IMG/VR virus record: IMGVR_UViG_3300032322_002561
Span: 1-64,000 of that record
Reading direction: 5' to 3' (one strand)
Length of the DNA stretch: 64,000 nucleotides
Both the position numbers and the translations under genes were made by a program. Shown here one piece after another: positions 39,449 through 49,918 of the stretch. Numbering within the stretch: the first letter of the stretch is position 1; every line of letters starts with the position of its first letter. The notes beneath the pieces were generated by a model that was not told where the DNA came from, searched no databases, and saw nothing but the letters and a program-made list of their open reading frames with translations.

Positions 39449-40248
39449 CCACGGGTGCATTGATATTTGCCTTCAACAATGAAAAAATTGATTATGTAAG
39501 TTTGGCTGCTTGGAACGCAAAAAACATACAACGCCATCTGGGCATTGGCACAGCAGTTGTTACCGATGCAGACACTGTTCCTGATGCGTTTGAACATGTG
39601 ATCAAAATTGATCCTGATATGACAAACACCGAGTCAAGATATTTTGAAGATATCAAAACTTCGGTAACCTGGCATAATCGCAATCGCATGGACGCATTTG
39701 AGGTGTCGCCATGGCAAAAAACTATTTTGCTAGATGCTGATTATGTGGTGGCCAGCAACAGTCTATTGCCAACACTGGAATGCAAGCAGGATTTTTTGTG
39801 CTACAAGGATGCATATGATGTTTCGCACGTGACTGATTTTAGTGGCCTCAACTCCTTTGGTTCCATGTGTTTGCCCATGTGGTGGGCCACGGTAGTTGTG
39901 TTTGAGAGGTCACGCAAAGCAAAAATGATATTTGACTGTATGAAAATGATTAAACAACATTGGTCACACTATAGAAATCTGTACGGCATACAAAAAAAGA
40001 CCTACCGAAATGACTTTGCCTTGAGCATAGCCCTGGGCATAGTAAGTGGACAAACCTGGCGGGCAGAATCGTTGTCAGGTAGCATGGCCTCAGTCATGCC
40101 TGAACATGAATTAACACAGCTGGATACGGATCACTATCAAATACGGTATCAGAATCGTGATAACCAACCGCGCACAATATCTTGGAAAAACATGGACTTT
40201 CATGCCATGGGCAAAAGCCACCTGGAGGCCATAATTGCGTCCCATTGA
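39445..40248 (+). CDS. GT-A fold glycosyltransferase (GT8-like)
   Basis: SPWQKTILLDADY (DxD), AVVTD, MWWATVVVF. Confidence 0.7.
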   Translation: MTTGALIFAFNNEKIDYVSLAAWNAKNIQRHLGIGTAVVTDADTVPDAFEHVIKIDPDMTNTESRYFEDIKTSVTWHNRNRMDAFEVSPWQKTILLDADYVVASNSLLPTLECKQDFLCYKDAYDVSHVTDFSGLNSFGSMCLPMWWATVVVFERSRKAKMIFDCMKMIKQHWSHYRNLYGIQKKTYRNDFALSIALGIVSGQTWRAESLSGSMASVMPEHELTQLDTDHYQIRYQNRDNQPRTISWKNMDFHAMGKSHLEAIIASH

Positions 40249-40987
40249 AGAACAAGGCTACCTTGTGGTGGCCACACAACATTATGTTCACAACGCTGTA
40301 AAATTGATAGAAAGCTTTAGGCAACAACATGCCACGGCGCGAGTGTGTCTGCTGACTGACCAAGCTCTTGAGCACAAACTTTTTGATCATGTTAGAATCA
40401 TAGACAATCCCAATCTTGAAAATGCCTGGGCCAATGACTGGCAAGTATTTCGAAAATCTCCATTTAGAGAAACCATCAAACTTGAAGCTGACATGTTGAT
40501 AGCATCACCTATTGATCACTGGTGGTCTTTGTTTAGACATCGTGATGTTGTTATCAGCACCGGTTGCCGTAACTGGCACGGTGAACTCAGCACAGCTAGA
40601 CAATATCGTAAAACTTTTGATGCCAATTGTTTGCCTGATGTCTATAATGCCATCACCTACTGGCGTTTGAGTCAAACAGCCAAGGAATTTTTTGATTGTG
40701 TTCGTGACATATTTGAAAACTGGGAACATTATAAAAAGCTGATTAAATTTCCTGAGTCAGTGCCCAGTACCGATTTGGTTTATGCCATGGCGGCGGTAAT
40801 TGTAGGGCAAGACAAAGTTACCATGCCCTTTACAACATACCCACAGGTGGTGCACATGAAGTCGCATCATGCTGGCACACAAGGCAGGGATTGGACCAAA
40901 GAATTGGTATGGGAAATGGATCCATTGCGCATAAACACTGTGGCACAGTGGGGAGCCTTTCACTATCATGTCAAGGATTGGATATGA
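40235..40987 (+). CDS. GT-A fold glycosyltransferase (GT8-like), paralogue of 39445
   Basis: SPFRETIKLEADM (ExD variant), CLLTD, VYNAITYW. Confidence 0.65.
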   Translation: MRPIEEQGYLVVATQHYVHNAVKLIESFRQQHATARVCLLTDQALEHKLFDHVRIIDNPNLENAWANDWQVFRKSPFRETIKLEADMLIASPIDHWWSLFRHRDVVISTGCRNWHGELSTARQYRKTFDANCLPDVYNAITYWRLSQTAKEFFDCVRDIFENWEHYKKLIKFPESVPSTDLVYAMAAVIVGQDKVTMPFTTYPQVVHMKSHHAGTQGRDWTKELVWEMDPLRINTVAQWGAFHYHVKDWI

Positions 40988-41325
40988 ATCTTGAAGAATT
41001 AGTAGATATTTTAACCAACACCCCAAAACCGCAACCGGTATTTTATCGTCTTTATCATGACGACCATGGCAATGCCTTGTTTTACAGTATGCAAGATGTG
41101 CCGGGCAAATATATTGAAATTGATCGCGATACCTATGCAAAAAACAGCATGCGGGTGAGAGTAGTCAATGGAGAATTACAAGAAGTGGCCTGGCGAACGG
41201 TCACTAAACTTGTGCCAAGCACTAGTGGTACCGCCTGTCACAAAACCAATGTGGCCGTGGTAGTTGATACAGATACCAACATAAAATGGAGTATGAAATG
41301 CACAGAGTTGATGTCGCAGACTTAG
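40984..41325 (+). CDS. Hypothetical protein
   Basis: Start reassigned to the ATGA overlap at 40984; FYRLYHDD.G..LFYSM. Confidence 0.6.
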   Translation: MNLEELVDILTNTPKPQPVFYRLYHDDHGNALFYSMQDVPGKYIEIDRDTYAKNSMRVRVVNGELQEVAWRTVTKLVPSTSGTACHKTNVAVVVDTDTNIKWSMKCTELMSQT

Positions 41326-42224
41326 ACTGTATATTTTTAACATATGATGAACCAAATCGCGAGGAAAATTGGGTCAAAATTAAGAACATGGTACCATGGG
41401 CCCAGCGTGTGGATGGTGTTAAAGGGTCTGACGCCGCTCACAAAGCCGCCGGCGAAGCAAGTAGTACCGAGCGTTTTATTCTTATTGATGGCGACAACAT
41501 TCCAGATTCTGCGTTCTTCAATCTCACACTAGAATTCCCCACAGCAGAATACGAGCAGGCAGTGTTTCGTTGGCGTGCAAGAAATCATATCAACGGACTC
41601 ATGTACGGCAACGGTGGTTTGAGTTCGTGGACTCGTACCTTTGTCAAGAATATGCGCACACACGAAGCCACTGACGGGCGCAGTGAAACCGAAGTTGAAT
41701 TTTGTTTTGATCCCCTGTATTGGCCCATGTATAACTGTTATTCAACCACGTATCCCAATGGTTCGGCATTTCAGGCCTGGCGTGCAGGATTTCGTGAAGG
41801 TGTCAAGATGTGCCTGAACAAAGGTGCTCGTCCCACCGTGGACGAATTCCGTGAACGAGTACATCATAGAAATCTTGATCACCTGACCATATGGCACAAC
41901 GTAGGTGCTGATGTTGACTACGGATTATGGGCCATGGCTGGTGCCAGGCAGGGCACTTACATGACCATGTTGACCGGCTGGGATCATCGTGAGGTTCAAG
42001 ATTTTGATAAACTTGCTGAGTTATGGAAAACTGTGGCCAACACTGATCCACGCTTGCTGGCCAATCGCGTGGGGCCTGATCTTGGCGGCGAGTTAGATTT
42101 GCCAATGAGCATGCTAGATGTTGATCAAAGCAAGTTCTTCAAACATCACTATCGAAGTAATTGGCACAATATGTCGGTCATGACTAGAGAAATTGATGTA
42201 ATAAGACAGCAGGAAGGTTGGTAA
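41298..42224 (+). CDS. GT-A fold (GT2-like) glycosyltransferase
   Basis: CIFLTYDEPN...GVKGSDAAH...FILIDGDN (DxD)...INGLMYGNGG; GGAG SD before ATG 41298. Confidence 0.7.
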   Translation: MHRVDVADLDCIFLTYDEPNREENWVKIKNMVPWAQRVDGVKGSDAAHKAAGEASSTERFILIDGDNIPDSAFFNLTLEFPTAEYEQAVFRWRARNHINGLMYGNGGLSSWTRTFVKNMRTHEATDGRSETEVEFCFDPLYWPMYNCYSTTYPNGSAFQAWRAGFREGVKMCLNKGARPTVDEFRERVHHRNLDHLTIWHNVGADVDYGLWAMAGARQGTYMTMLTGWDHREVQDFDKLAELWKTVANTDPRLLANRVGPDLGGELDLPMSMLDVDQSKFFKHHYRSNWHNMSVMTREIDVIRQQEGW

Positions 42225-42233
42225 AACAGTATC

Positions 42234-43178
42234 ATGCCCGAGCAAAATTATCTTGAACTCAAGTTAGAAAATGATTTATTACTGGAAACCTCAGAGTTTG
42301 TGAAGTTTTGTGTGGCTCATCAACAACAACATATTGTGCTACGGGTCAACAACGAAGCTCACTGTTTAACTTATTGTGGCGTGTATGATATTCTTGATCA
42401 GTTTGATTTTGCTTCTGTAACCATAATAACTGCCAATGCCTTGGAACAGCATCCGCAATACAAAATTGAAAAAAAAGTATGGACGCACTGGCTTCAAAAT
42501 ATTAAAACATTTGATTTTAATTATGATTATGCCTGGAATGAACAGAAACTGTTTGGGTGTTTTTATGGTAGACCCAGTGCGCCAAGACTGGGTATTGCCA
42601 CACACTTGGCTCAGCATCATTCCAGCCGATCACTTATACGCACCAAATTTGATTTTGAACGAGAAGAATCTCGAAAACTTTTTGATTTGCAAAGACTGTT
42701 TGCCTGGCAACCAGAAATTATAAATCATTTACATTTGCTGAACAATCAACAATATATTGGTGATCAATACTATGATCGCGGTCACTACGATCAAGCCAAC
42801 ACTCTCAGTCACATGTATAAACATTTTTTGATTGACATTGTAGCGGAACCAGTTTGCGAAGGGCAAAGTTTTTACCCCACTGAAAAAGTTGTACGAGCCA
42901 TGTTGTGTAAGCGGCCATTTATTGTCATGGCATCACAAAATTATTTGGAATACTTGCGTCAAATGGGGTTTCATACATTTTTTGAATTTTGGAATGAAGA
43001 ATACGATGCTTATGATGCCAAGAATCGCTACATGAAAATACTAGATCTGATAGATCATTTGGCCAAAAAAACACATGCTGAAATGGTAGATCTTTATTAT
43101 GCAATGACCTTTCAGCTAGAGCATAATTATAAGTTGATTGTCAGTCAATCTTATACCACAAAAATTTTACCAATATAA
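42234..43178 (+). CDS. GT10-like (GT-B) glycosyltransferase-family protein
   Basis: IDIVAEP...YPTEKVVRAM...RPFIVM...LRQMGFHTF...EEYD. Confidence 0.6.
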   Translation: MPEQNYLELKLENDLLLETSEFVKFCVAHQQQHIVLRVNNEAHCLTYCGVYDILDQFDFASVTIITANALEQHPQYKIEKKVWTHWLQNIKTFDFNYDYAWNEQKLFGCFYGRPSAPRLGIATHLAQHHSSRSLIRTKFDFEREESRKLFDLQRLFAWQPEIINHLHLLNNQQYIGDQYYDRGHYDQANTLSHMYKHFLIDIVAEPVCEGQSFYPTEKVVRAMLCKRPFIVMASQNYLEYLRQMGFHTFFEFWNEEYDAYDAKNRYMKILDLIDHLAKKTHAEMVDLYYAMTFQLEHNYKLIVSQSYTTKILPI

Positions 43179-43179
43179 C

Positions 43180-44208
43180 ATGTCCAAACAAGTATTGATC
43201 ACAGGCGGTGCTGGTTTCATTGCACATCACATGATTGAGCATATCATACAGACCACGACCTGGAACGTGATTTGCCTGGATCGTCTTGATTTCAGCGGAA
43301 ATTTAAATCGTCTGCACGAGATATTAGCAAAATTTTTGCCGCAAGATCAAAGTCGAGTCAAGATTGTGTATCATGATCTCAAAGCTGAAATTAATTCTAT
43401 GATTGCGGCCGATATCGGGCAGGTAGACTATGTGTTGCATCTTGCGGCCAGTAGTCATGTTGATCGTAGCATATCAAGACCCATGGATTTTGTCATGGAC
43501 AACGTGGTTGGTACTGTGAATTTGTTGCAGTGGGCCAGAACACAAAACAATTTAGAAAAATTCATGTATTTCAGCACGGATGAAATTTTTGGTCCTGCAC
43601 CTGCTGGTGTGGCCTACAAAGAACGAGATAGGTACAACTCTACAAATCCTTATTCAGCCAGCAAGGCTGCTGGCGAGGAAATGTGTGTGGCTTTTGAAAA
43701 CACCTATGGCCTACCCATAGTGATCACACATACCATGAATGTGTTTGGTGAGCGGCAACATCCAGAAAAATTTATTCCACTGTGTGTGCGCAAGGTCCTG
43801 GCTGGTGAAACCATCAAGATTCACAGCAACAAGGACCGCACACAAGCTGGTAGCAGACACTACATTCATGCCAAGGATGTGGCTGCAGGTGCCATGTTTA
43901 TTTTAAATGTCAGCCCTGACAATGTAGTTAAAGATTACGGCGGAGCTCGGTGTCCCAAATTTAATTTGGTAGGTGCTGAAGAAATTGATAATCTTGCTCT
44001 GGCTCAATTGGTGGCGCAGTCTGTGGGGAAACCTTTGCATTATGAACTTGTGGATTTTCACAGCAGTCGCCCAGGGCATGATCTTAGATATGCACTCAAC
44101 GGTGATTTCATGGCTTCCCTGGGCTGGAAGCCAACAATCAAACTGTCGGATCGCATTCAGCAAGTGGTAGCATGGACCCTGCAAAATCCGCAATGGATAC
44201 AATCATGA
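43180..44208 (+). CDS. rmlB: dTDP-glucose 4,6-dehydratase
   Basis: ITGGAGFI, HLAASSHVDRS, STDE, YSASK, HPEKFIP, RPGHDLRY; start reassigned to ATG 43180. Confidence 0.92.
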   Translation: MSKQVLITGGAGFIAHHMIEHIIQTTTWNVICLDRLDFSGNLNRLHEILAKFLPQDQSRVKIVYHDLKAEINSMIAADIGQVDYVLHLAASSHVDRSISRPMDFVMDNVVGTVNLLQWARTQNNLEKFMYFSTDEIFGPAPAGVAYKERDRYNSTNPYSASKAAGEEMCVAFENTYGLPIVITHTMNVFGERQHPEKFIPLCVRKVLAGETIKIHSNKDRTQAGSRHYIHAKDVAAGAMFILNVSPDNVVKDYGGARCPKFNLVGAEEIDNLALAQLVAQSVGKPLHYELVDFHSSRPGHDLRYALNGDFMASLGWKPTIKLSDRIQQVVAWTLQNPQWIQS

Positions 44209-45056
44209 CCAAGCCTGTGTTACCTTTTGTGGAAATCATGGCCACACAGGCCTGCAATATCAGTTGTACAGGTTGTACAAATTACAGTGATCTCAATCAC
44301 AAAGGATGGTTGTCCTGGGAACAAGCTCGAGCACAAATTACGCCATGGCTACAACGAGTCGACATTCCTGATTTTGGTATTCTTGGTGGAGAACCTTTGT
44401 TGAATCCTGAAATACGCGACTGGATCCGTGGCATAAGAGAACTCATGCCCAAGGCACAGATAAGATTTACCACAAATGGGTTATTGTTAGACAAGAATCT
44501 TGATATCGTTGATTTAGCAGCAGAAGTGGGAAACATTGTTTTTAAAATTGGAGTACACACAGACAGTTTAGCCATTGAACAAACAATTGATTATATTTTA
44601 AATAGATTTGATTGGCAACCAGTGACCGAGTTTGGTATCAATCGGTTACTCACTAAAAACAAATTTAGATTTCAAATAAATCGGCCAACTACTTTTTGGA
44701 AAAGTTTTCGAGGTGACTATACAAACATGCAACCTCACAACAGTAATCCAGCCGAGGCTTTTTCAATTTGTTGCCAGAAGACTTGTCCATTACTATATCA
44801 AGGAAAAATATACAAATGCAGCACCAGTGGTTTACTGTTAGATGTGTTAGAAAAATTTGGGCACCAAGACAACACCGAGTGGCTTCCGTTTATTAGCCAA
44901 GGATTACAGCCAGATTGCACAGATCAACAATTACAAGAATTTTTGAATAATTTTGGACGTCCACACAAGATCTGTGGCCAATGTCCAACACAAAAAGATC
45001 TGGGCAGTAAAATAGTGCATCTACAAAACGTGCATACCAAAAAAATCAAATCATGA
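44205..45056 (+). CDS. Radical SAM protein with C-terminal Cys cluster
   Basis: CNISCTGC, LGGEPLL, TTNG, C..TC.LLYQGKIYKC...ICGQC. Confidence 0.88.
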   Translation: MTKPVLPFVEIMATQACNISCTGCTNYSDLNHKGWLSWEQARAQITPWLQRVDIPDFGILGGEPLLNPEIRDWIRGIRELMPKAQIRFTTNGLLLDKNLDIVDLAAEVGNIVFKIGVHTDSLAIEQTIDYILNRFDWQPVTEFGINRLLTKNKFRFQINRPTTFWKSFRGDYTNMQPHNSNPAEAFSICCQKTCPLLYQGKIYKCSTSGLLLDVLEKFGHQDNTEWLPFISQGLQPDCTDQQLQEFLNNFGRPHKICGQCPTQKDLGSKIVHLQNVHTKKIKS

Positions 45057-46102
45057 ACACGTGCTTGCCAATATCTGTACAAACACAAGATCGAAAAATT
45101 TATCGTAAAGATAGATTAGTTGCGGCCTTTTTTCAAGCACGAGAACAGAATAAAAATTTAGAAATAGATTTTTACCCTGAGGGTAGTTGTGCCACGTCAT
45201 TGCGATTGTATGAAATTTTGGATGAACTTTGTGAAAAATACAATTTTGATAAATCACGAATCACAATCAAAACTGCCAATCTTTTAGAACAACATGATCA
45301 CTACCGTATAGTTTGTGTTCCTAGTTACTGGTATGAGATTCGGGAAATCCAGGCCTGGGTGACCAAGAATTCCATAGATACTGGAATTATGCCCACGCGG
45401 CATTTTGGTTGCTTTGTGAGTAGAAGTACCTGGTCCAGACTATGGGTTTCCACGTATCTTAACAAACATCACGCAGATAAAACTTTGCAAACTTATCACT
45501 ATGATCGTACCAGACAAAACTACAATGGCAACGGCTATGTGGGTCTTGATGATCTTTTTCAGTTTGGTTGCAATATCATACCTGACTGTGCAAATTTTTT
45601 GACCACGTGTCCTAGAACCATTGATCTTGATTTTTTAAAAACGTATAAAAATGCAAAATCGTTATTTCAGCACGGCGACAGTTACTATCCAATTCAAGTA
45701 CCTGCCAACATGAATTTGCTGAACTACTATCATGACATATTTGTAGACATTGTTACAGAACCAAATGTCATGGGCACAAACTTTTTAGTCACTGAAAAAC
45801 TTTGGAGATGCATTGTGGCCAGGAGACCTTTTATTGTGCTTGGTACTGCAAACTATTTGCATAATTTGAGAAAGTTGGGATTTGACACTTTTTATCAGTA
45901 CTGGGACGAGAGTTATGATGGACAAATTGGACAAACCAGAATTGGTCATATGCTAGAAGTTATTGACAGGTTGGCGACTTGGGATACTGAACAATGCAGT
46001 CAGACACTCAACCGCATGCAACCCATACTTGATCATAATTTACAAGTTTTTAAATCGCTTGATTACAACAAACTTGCCAAGGTATTTGACATCAATGACT
46101 GA
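45053..46102 (+). CDS. GT10-like glycosyltransferase-family protein
   Basis: VDIVTEP...VTEKLWRCI...RPFIVLG...LRKLGFDTF...DESYD. Confidence 0.6.
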   Translation: MNTCLPISVQTQDRKIYRKDRLVAAFFQAREQNKNLEIDFYPEGSCATSLRLYEILDELCEKYNFDKSRITIKTANLLEQHDHYRIVCVPSYWYEIREIQAWVTKNSIDTGIMPTRHFGCFVSRSTWSRLWVSTYLNKHHADKTLQTYHYDRTRQNYNGNGYVGLDDLFQFGCNIIPDCANFLTTCPRTIDLDFLKTYKNAKSLFQHGDSYYPIQVPANMNLLNYYHDIFVDIVTEPNVMGTNFLVTEKLWRCIVARRPFIVLGTANYLHNLRKLGFDTFYQYWDESYDGQIGQTRIGHMLEVIDRLATWDTEQCSQTLNRMQPILDHNLQVFKSLDYNKLAKVFDIND

Positions 46103-47489
46103 TAAATCAGATTTTTACTCAGCCGCCGAACACATGCGTGATGTGCTAGGCAAAGGCATGTGCCTGGCCAAGTGGAAACAGGTAAGCCTGCACTTGCCTA
46201 CCGGACTCAATAATTCATGTTATCACCCACCTTTGCATGAAATACCAGCTGATTTGTTGACTTCCAATCCCAGTGCCTTGCACAACACTCCTTACAAAAA
46301 ACAGCAAAGACAGATCATGCTACGTCAAGAACGTCCGCAAGAATGCAGTTATTGTTGGGCCATGGAAGACAACGGCAAACTCAGTGACAGACATTATAGA
46401 AGTGGTGAGCCTTGGGCTGCCAAAGATTTTGATACGATCATAAATTCCACAGGAGATGAAGATGTTTTACCTAGTTATGTTGAAGTCAATTTTAATCATG
46501 CTTGTAATCTTAAATGTAGTTACTGTAGTCCACAATTCAGTTCAACCTGGCAGCAAGAAGTGGATCAGCTTGGCGCTTATCCTACTAGCACTCAACACAA
46601 TGATCCTGATTATTTTAGGGGTCGCCGTAAGCCTATTCCTGTTCGCGAACATAATCCATACGTAGAAGCCTTTTGGCAGTGGTGGCCTACTTTGTATCCA
46701 GAGTTAGAACATTTTAGAATGACTGGTGGTGAGCCGCTCATGGACCGGAATACCTATCGTGTGTTTGATTATGTGCTAGAGAATCCTAGCAAAAAATTGC
46801 ATCTAAATGTGACCAGTAATTTCACTGTGGAAGAAAATTTGTGGAAAAAATACAAAGACTATGTGCGAAGGCTGTGTGACACTGATGATGTCAAACTGGA
46901 ACACTTCATGCAGTATGTCAGTCTTGATGCCTGGGGCGCACAGGCCGAATACATCAGACACGGTCTAGATTTTGAATTGTTGTGGGATCGAGTCAATCAA
47001 TACCTGGAAGAAATACCTTATAGAAACAGTTTGACATTTATAGTGACCATGAACAATTTGAGTGTAACCACACTGGCAAATTTGTTTGCTGGCATCCTTG
47101 GGTTAAGACAAACCTACAGCAAAACCTATCAACGTGTATGGTTTGACACACCAGTATTGCGTCAACCAGAGTGGCAAAGTCTACAGATTCTACCTGAAAG
47201 TTATGCTGAAAAATTAGAACACTTGTGGGCCTGGATGATTCGACAAACAGAACGTCCTGAAGATCCATTTCACGGTTTCAAGGATTATGAAATTGCCCGG
47301 CTGGATCGAGACATAGCCTGGATGCGTAGTGGTCAGAACCTGGACCCTGCAGTATTACAGTCCAGAAAAGCTGACTTTTACAGATTTTTCAACGAACATG
47401 ATCGCAGGCGCGGCACTGACTTTTTGAAGACTTTTCCTGACATGGCCTCTTGGTGGAAGGAGTGCGAATATCATGCTAGGCAATCATAA
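46095..47489 (+). CDS. Radical SAM protein with N-terminal twitch/SPASM-like domain (subtype A)
   Basis: CLAKW...SCYHP...CSYCW; CNLKCSYC; TGGEP; start reassigned to ATG 46095. Confidence 0.9.
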   Translation: MTDKSDFYSAAEHMRDVLGKGMCLAKWKQVSLHLPTGLNNSCYHPPLHEIPADLLTSNPSALHNTPYKKQQRQIMLRQERPQECSYCWAMEDNGKLSDRHYRSGEPWAAKDFDTIINSTGDEDVLPSYVEVNFNHACNLKCSYCSPQFSSTWQQEVDQLGAYPTSTQHNDPDYFRGRRKPIPVREHNPYVEAFWQWWPTLYPELEHFRMTGGEPLMDRNTYRVFDYVLENPSKKLHLNVTSNFTVEENLWKKYKDYVRRLCDTDDVKLEHFMQYVSLDAWGAQAEYIRHGLDFELLWDRVNQYLEEIPYRNSLTFIVTMNNLSVTTLANLFAGILGLRQTYSKTYQRVWFDTPVLRQPEWQSLQILPESYAEKLEHLWAWMIRQTERPEDPFHGFKDYEIARLDRDIAWMRSGQNLDPAVLQSRKADFYRFFNEHDRRRGTDFLKTFPDMASWWKECEYHARQS

Positions 47490-48585
47490 AGTGGTTGTTG
47501 ACGAGTGGGCTGAAGTCTGGGACCTACTACGGCCTTATGCAGATGCAAGTTTTTGGCGTTGGGAAGACGTACCGCTTGATCCAGATACCATATATGTTGT
47601 GGGACGAGTGGTACTCAAACAAAATTGGATCAGTATTACTGAGTGGGCAAAGCGTCATCCTGGTAAGATAATTTTTAGTAATCCAGCCGAAGGTAGTCAA
47701 ACCATACTGTTACAGTTACAACGCATGCGCATTGTTGATTTGGTAAAAAATGGTTCGATAGGTTTGTTGACTTCAGGAGATCTTGAACCAGGCTGGAAAT
47801 ATTGTCAAACCGACTGTTACTTTTCCAATATTGTAGAATATTTAGAAAACATAGATGCCCACACATATTCAAGTCAGGTTAGAGAAAAAATTCAAAAACC
47901 TTATAATTTTTTGATGCTGAATGGTCGACTACGGCCACATCGTAAGGCCTTGATCGACGCACTGCGTGAAAAAAATTTATTGGATCGGGCCCTATGGACC
48001 AATCTTGGCAGCAGAGTTGAAATGGAGTTTACCAGTCAACTGCAAACCAACAAATTAGAATCCATAAGATTGTTGCCGCCCGAATACGAAATTGAGCGTG
48101 CAAGGCCCAATCTAACTGCCAGCATGTACACTGACGGTGGATTTGTCAAACACCAATTATTCAATAATACCTGGGGCGATGCCATTGTAAATCCACAGGC
48201 CTATATTGACACCTATTTTAGTCTAGTTACGGAAACCATATTTGATTATCCTTACACTTTTAGAACAGAAAAAATTTGGAAACCCATGATCATGCAACAC
48301 CCCTTTGTGGTGGCGGCCAACACAGGTTATTATCGAGATTTGCGAAAAGCTGGGTTCCGTACTTTTGATCATTTAATTGATGAAAGTTTTGATCAAATTG
48401 ACAACAGTGCCGACAGAATTTCGCGTATAATACAAGTTGTTGATGCAATAATTTCTAATGGTGCAGATGAATTCTTAAAAGCCAGTGAAGATGTATGTAA
48501 ATATAACTATCTGCACCTGCGCGAACACAATCAACGTGAGCGTGATCAATTGCCTATGAAATTAACCCAGTATATCAATGAATGA
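47473..48585 (+). CDS. GT10-like glycosyltransferase-family protein
   Basis: LNGRLRPHR; FSLVTET...RTEKIWKPM...HPFVV...LRKAGFRTF...IDESFD. Confidence 0.6.
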   Translation: MLGNHKVVVDEWAEVWDLLRPYADASFWRWEDVPLDPDTIYVVGRVVLKQNWISITEWAKRHPGKIIFSNPAEGSQTILLQLQRMRIVDLVKNGSIGLLTSGDLEPGWKYCQTDCYFSNIVEYLENIDAHTYSSQVREKIQKPYNFLMLNGRLRPHRKALIDALREKNLLDRALWTNLGSRVEMEFTSQLQTNKLESIRLLPPEYEIERARPNLTASMYTDGGFVKHQLFNNTWGDAIVNPQAYIDTYFSLVTETIFDYPYTFRTEKIWKPMIMQHPFVVAANTGYYRDLRKAGFRTFDHLIDESFDQIDNSADRISRIIQVVDAIISNGADEFLKASEDVCKYNYLHLREHNQRERDQLPMKLTQYINE

Positions 48586-49918
48586 TTTAGAATTTCGTCG
48601 TCAAGTATTGGACACTAAAAGTGCCAGCTTTTGTGCGGCCAAATGGTACAATGCCACCATATGGTTGGGCTCAGGTCAGACCACTAGTTGCCATCATCCA
48701 CCAGCACACACTATTGGAGAAGAGTTTCGAATCAACCCGCGGGCAATTCATAACACTGCTCAAAAAAAAGAAGATCGTCGCATGATGTTGGCTGGTGAAA
48801 GACCACCTGGATGCGAGTACTGCTGGAAGATCGAAGACATGGGCGTGGATGCTGTGAGTGATCGTGTGTACAAAAGCAAAATTTATCCTATCGAGGCCCT
48901 GGATCAAGCATTTGGCACACCGGTCGAAGCCGACGTGAATCTTCGCACGCTGGAAATTGCTTTCGATCGCACTTGTCAATTTGCCTGCTCGTACTGTAAT
49001 CCAGCGTTCAGTAGCACCTGGGTCAAGGACATCAAGAACAACGGAGCCTATGAAAATTTAATCAGCGACGGGCGCAATCATTTTACACACGAACACGACA
49101 GTGCTCAACTCTATCGCTTTGGCGAAACCAATCCCTATGTTGAAGCCTTTTTTGCCTGGTGGGAAACAGACCTGCATCGTACTTTGCAAGAATTAAGAAT
49201 CACTGGCGGTGAACCAACCATGAGTGGCGAGCTATGGAAGTTGATTGATTGGTTCAAAGACAATCAAGGCAAGAGCCAAACACGCTTGGCCATCAACTCA
49301 AATCTGGGCATGGATCGTCTCCGGTTGTTGGACTTTATCAAACGTGTGGAAGGTATTCCGCACCTGGAAATTTACACCAGCATGGAAGCCACTGATGCTC
49401 AAGCCGAATACATCAGAGATGGTCTGGATTACGATCTATGGATGCACAATGTACAAGAATTGTTGGAACACGATGACATACGTGCTGTGCATTGTATGTG
49501 TACTATCAACGCCCTGTGCCTGGACAGCCTACCAGATCTGCTGGATCAATTGATGCGACTCAAACAGGTTTATACCCGTGAGCGTGTGAACTTTACATTG
49601 AACATATTGAGATTCCCCAGCTTCCAGAGTGCCCTGGTCCTGCCAGATGCCATACGTACACAGTACAGACACAATCTTGAAACCTGGTTGAAACTCAATC
49701 AAGCCAATCCCTTGTTGCACGAGCATGAAATCAATCACATGCAGAGATTGATCGACTATCTTGATGTGGTCAAGACCCCGCACAGTGACACATTTGAAAT
49801 GCCAAAACTGCACAACGATTTTAAAAAATTCTATCAACAATATGATCAACGACGCAACAAAAACTTTGTTGATACTTTTCCTAACCTAGCCGATTGGTTC
49901 AATGACATACCAGTATAA
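48578..49918 (+). CDS. Radical SAM protein with N-terminal twitch/SPASM-like domain (subtype A)
   Basis: CAAKW...SCHHP...CEYCW; CQFACSYC; TGGEP. Confidence 0.9.
   Translation: MNDLEFRRQVLDTKSASFCAAKWYNATIWLGSGQTTSCHHPPAHTIGEEFRINPRAIHNTAQKKEDRRMMLAGERPPGCEYCWKIEDMGVDAVSDRVYKSKIYPIEALDQAFGTPVEADVNLRTLEIAFDRTCQFACSYCNPAFSSTWVKDIKNNGAYENLISDGRNHFTHEHDSAQLYRFGETNPYVEAFFAWWETDLHRTLQELRITGGEPTMSGELWKLIDWFKDNQGKSQTRLAINSNLGMDRLRLLDFIKRVEGIPHLEIYTSMEATDAQAEYIRDGLDYDLWMHNVQELLEHDDIRAVHCMCTINALCLDSLPDLLDQLMRLKQVYTRERVNFTLNILRFPSFQSALVLPDAIRTQYRHNLETWLKLNQANPLLHEHEINHMQRLIDYLDVVKTPHSDTFEMPKLHNDFKKFYQQYDQRRNKNFVDTFPNLADWFNDIPV

Noticed and set aside
42222-42233. Additional leaderless promoter before 42234 (TAAAAC-N6-ATG)
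   Set aside because: Weak -10 and no -35 at a 17-nt spacing
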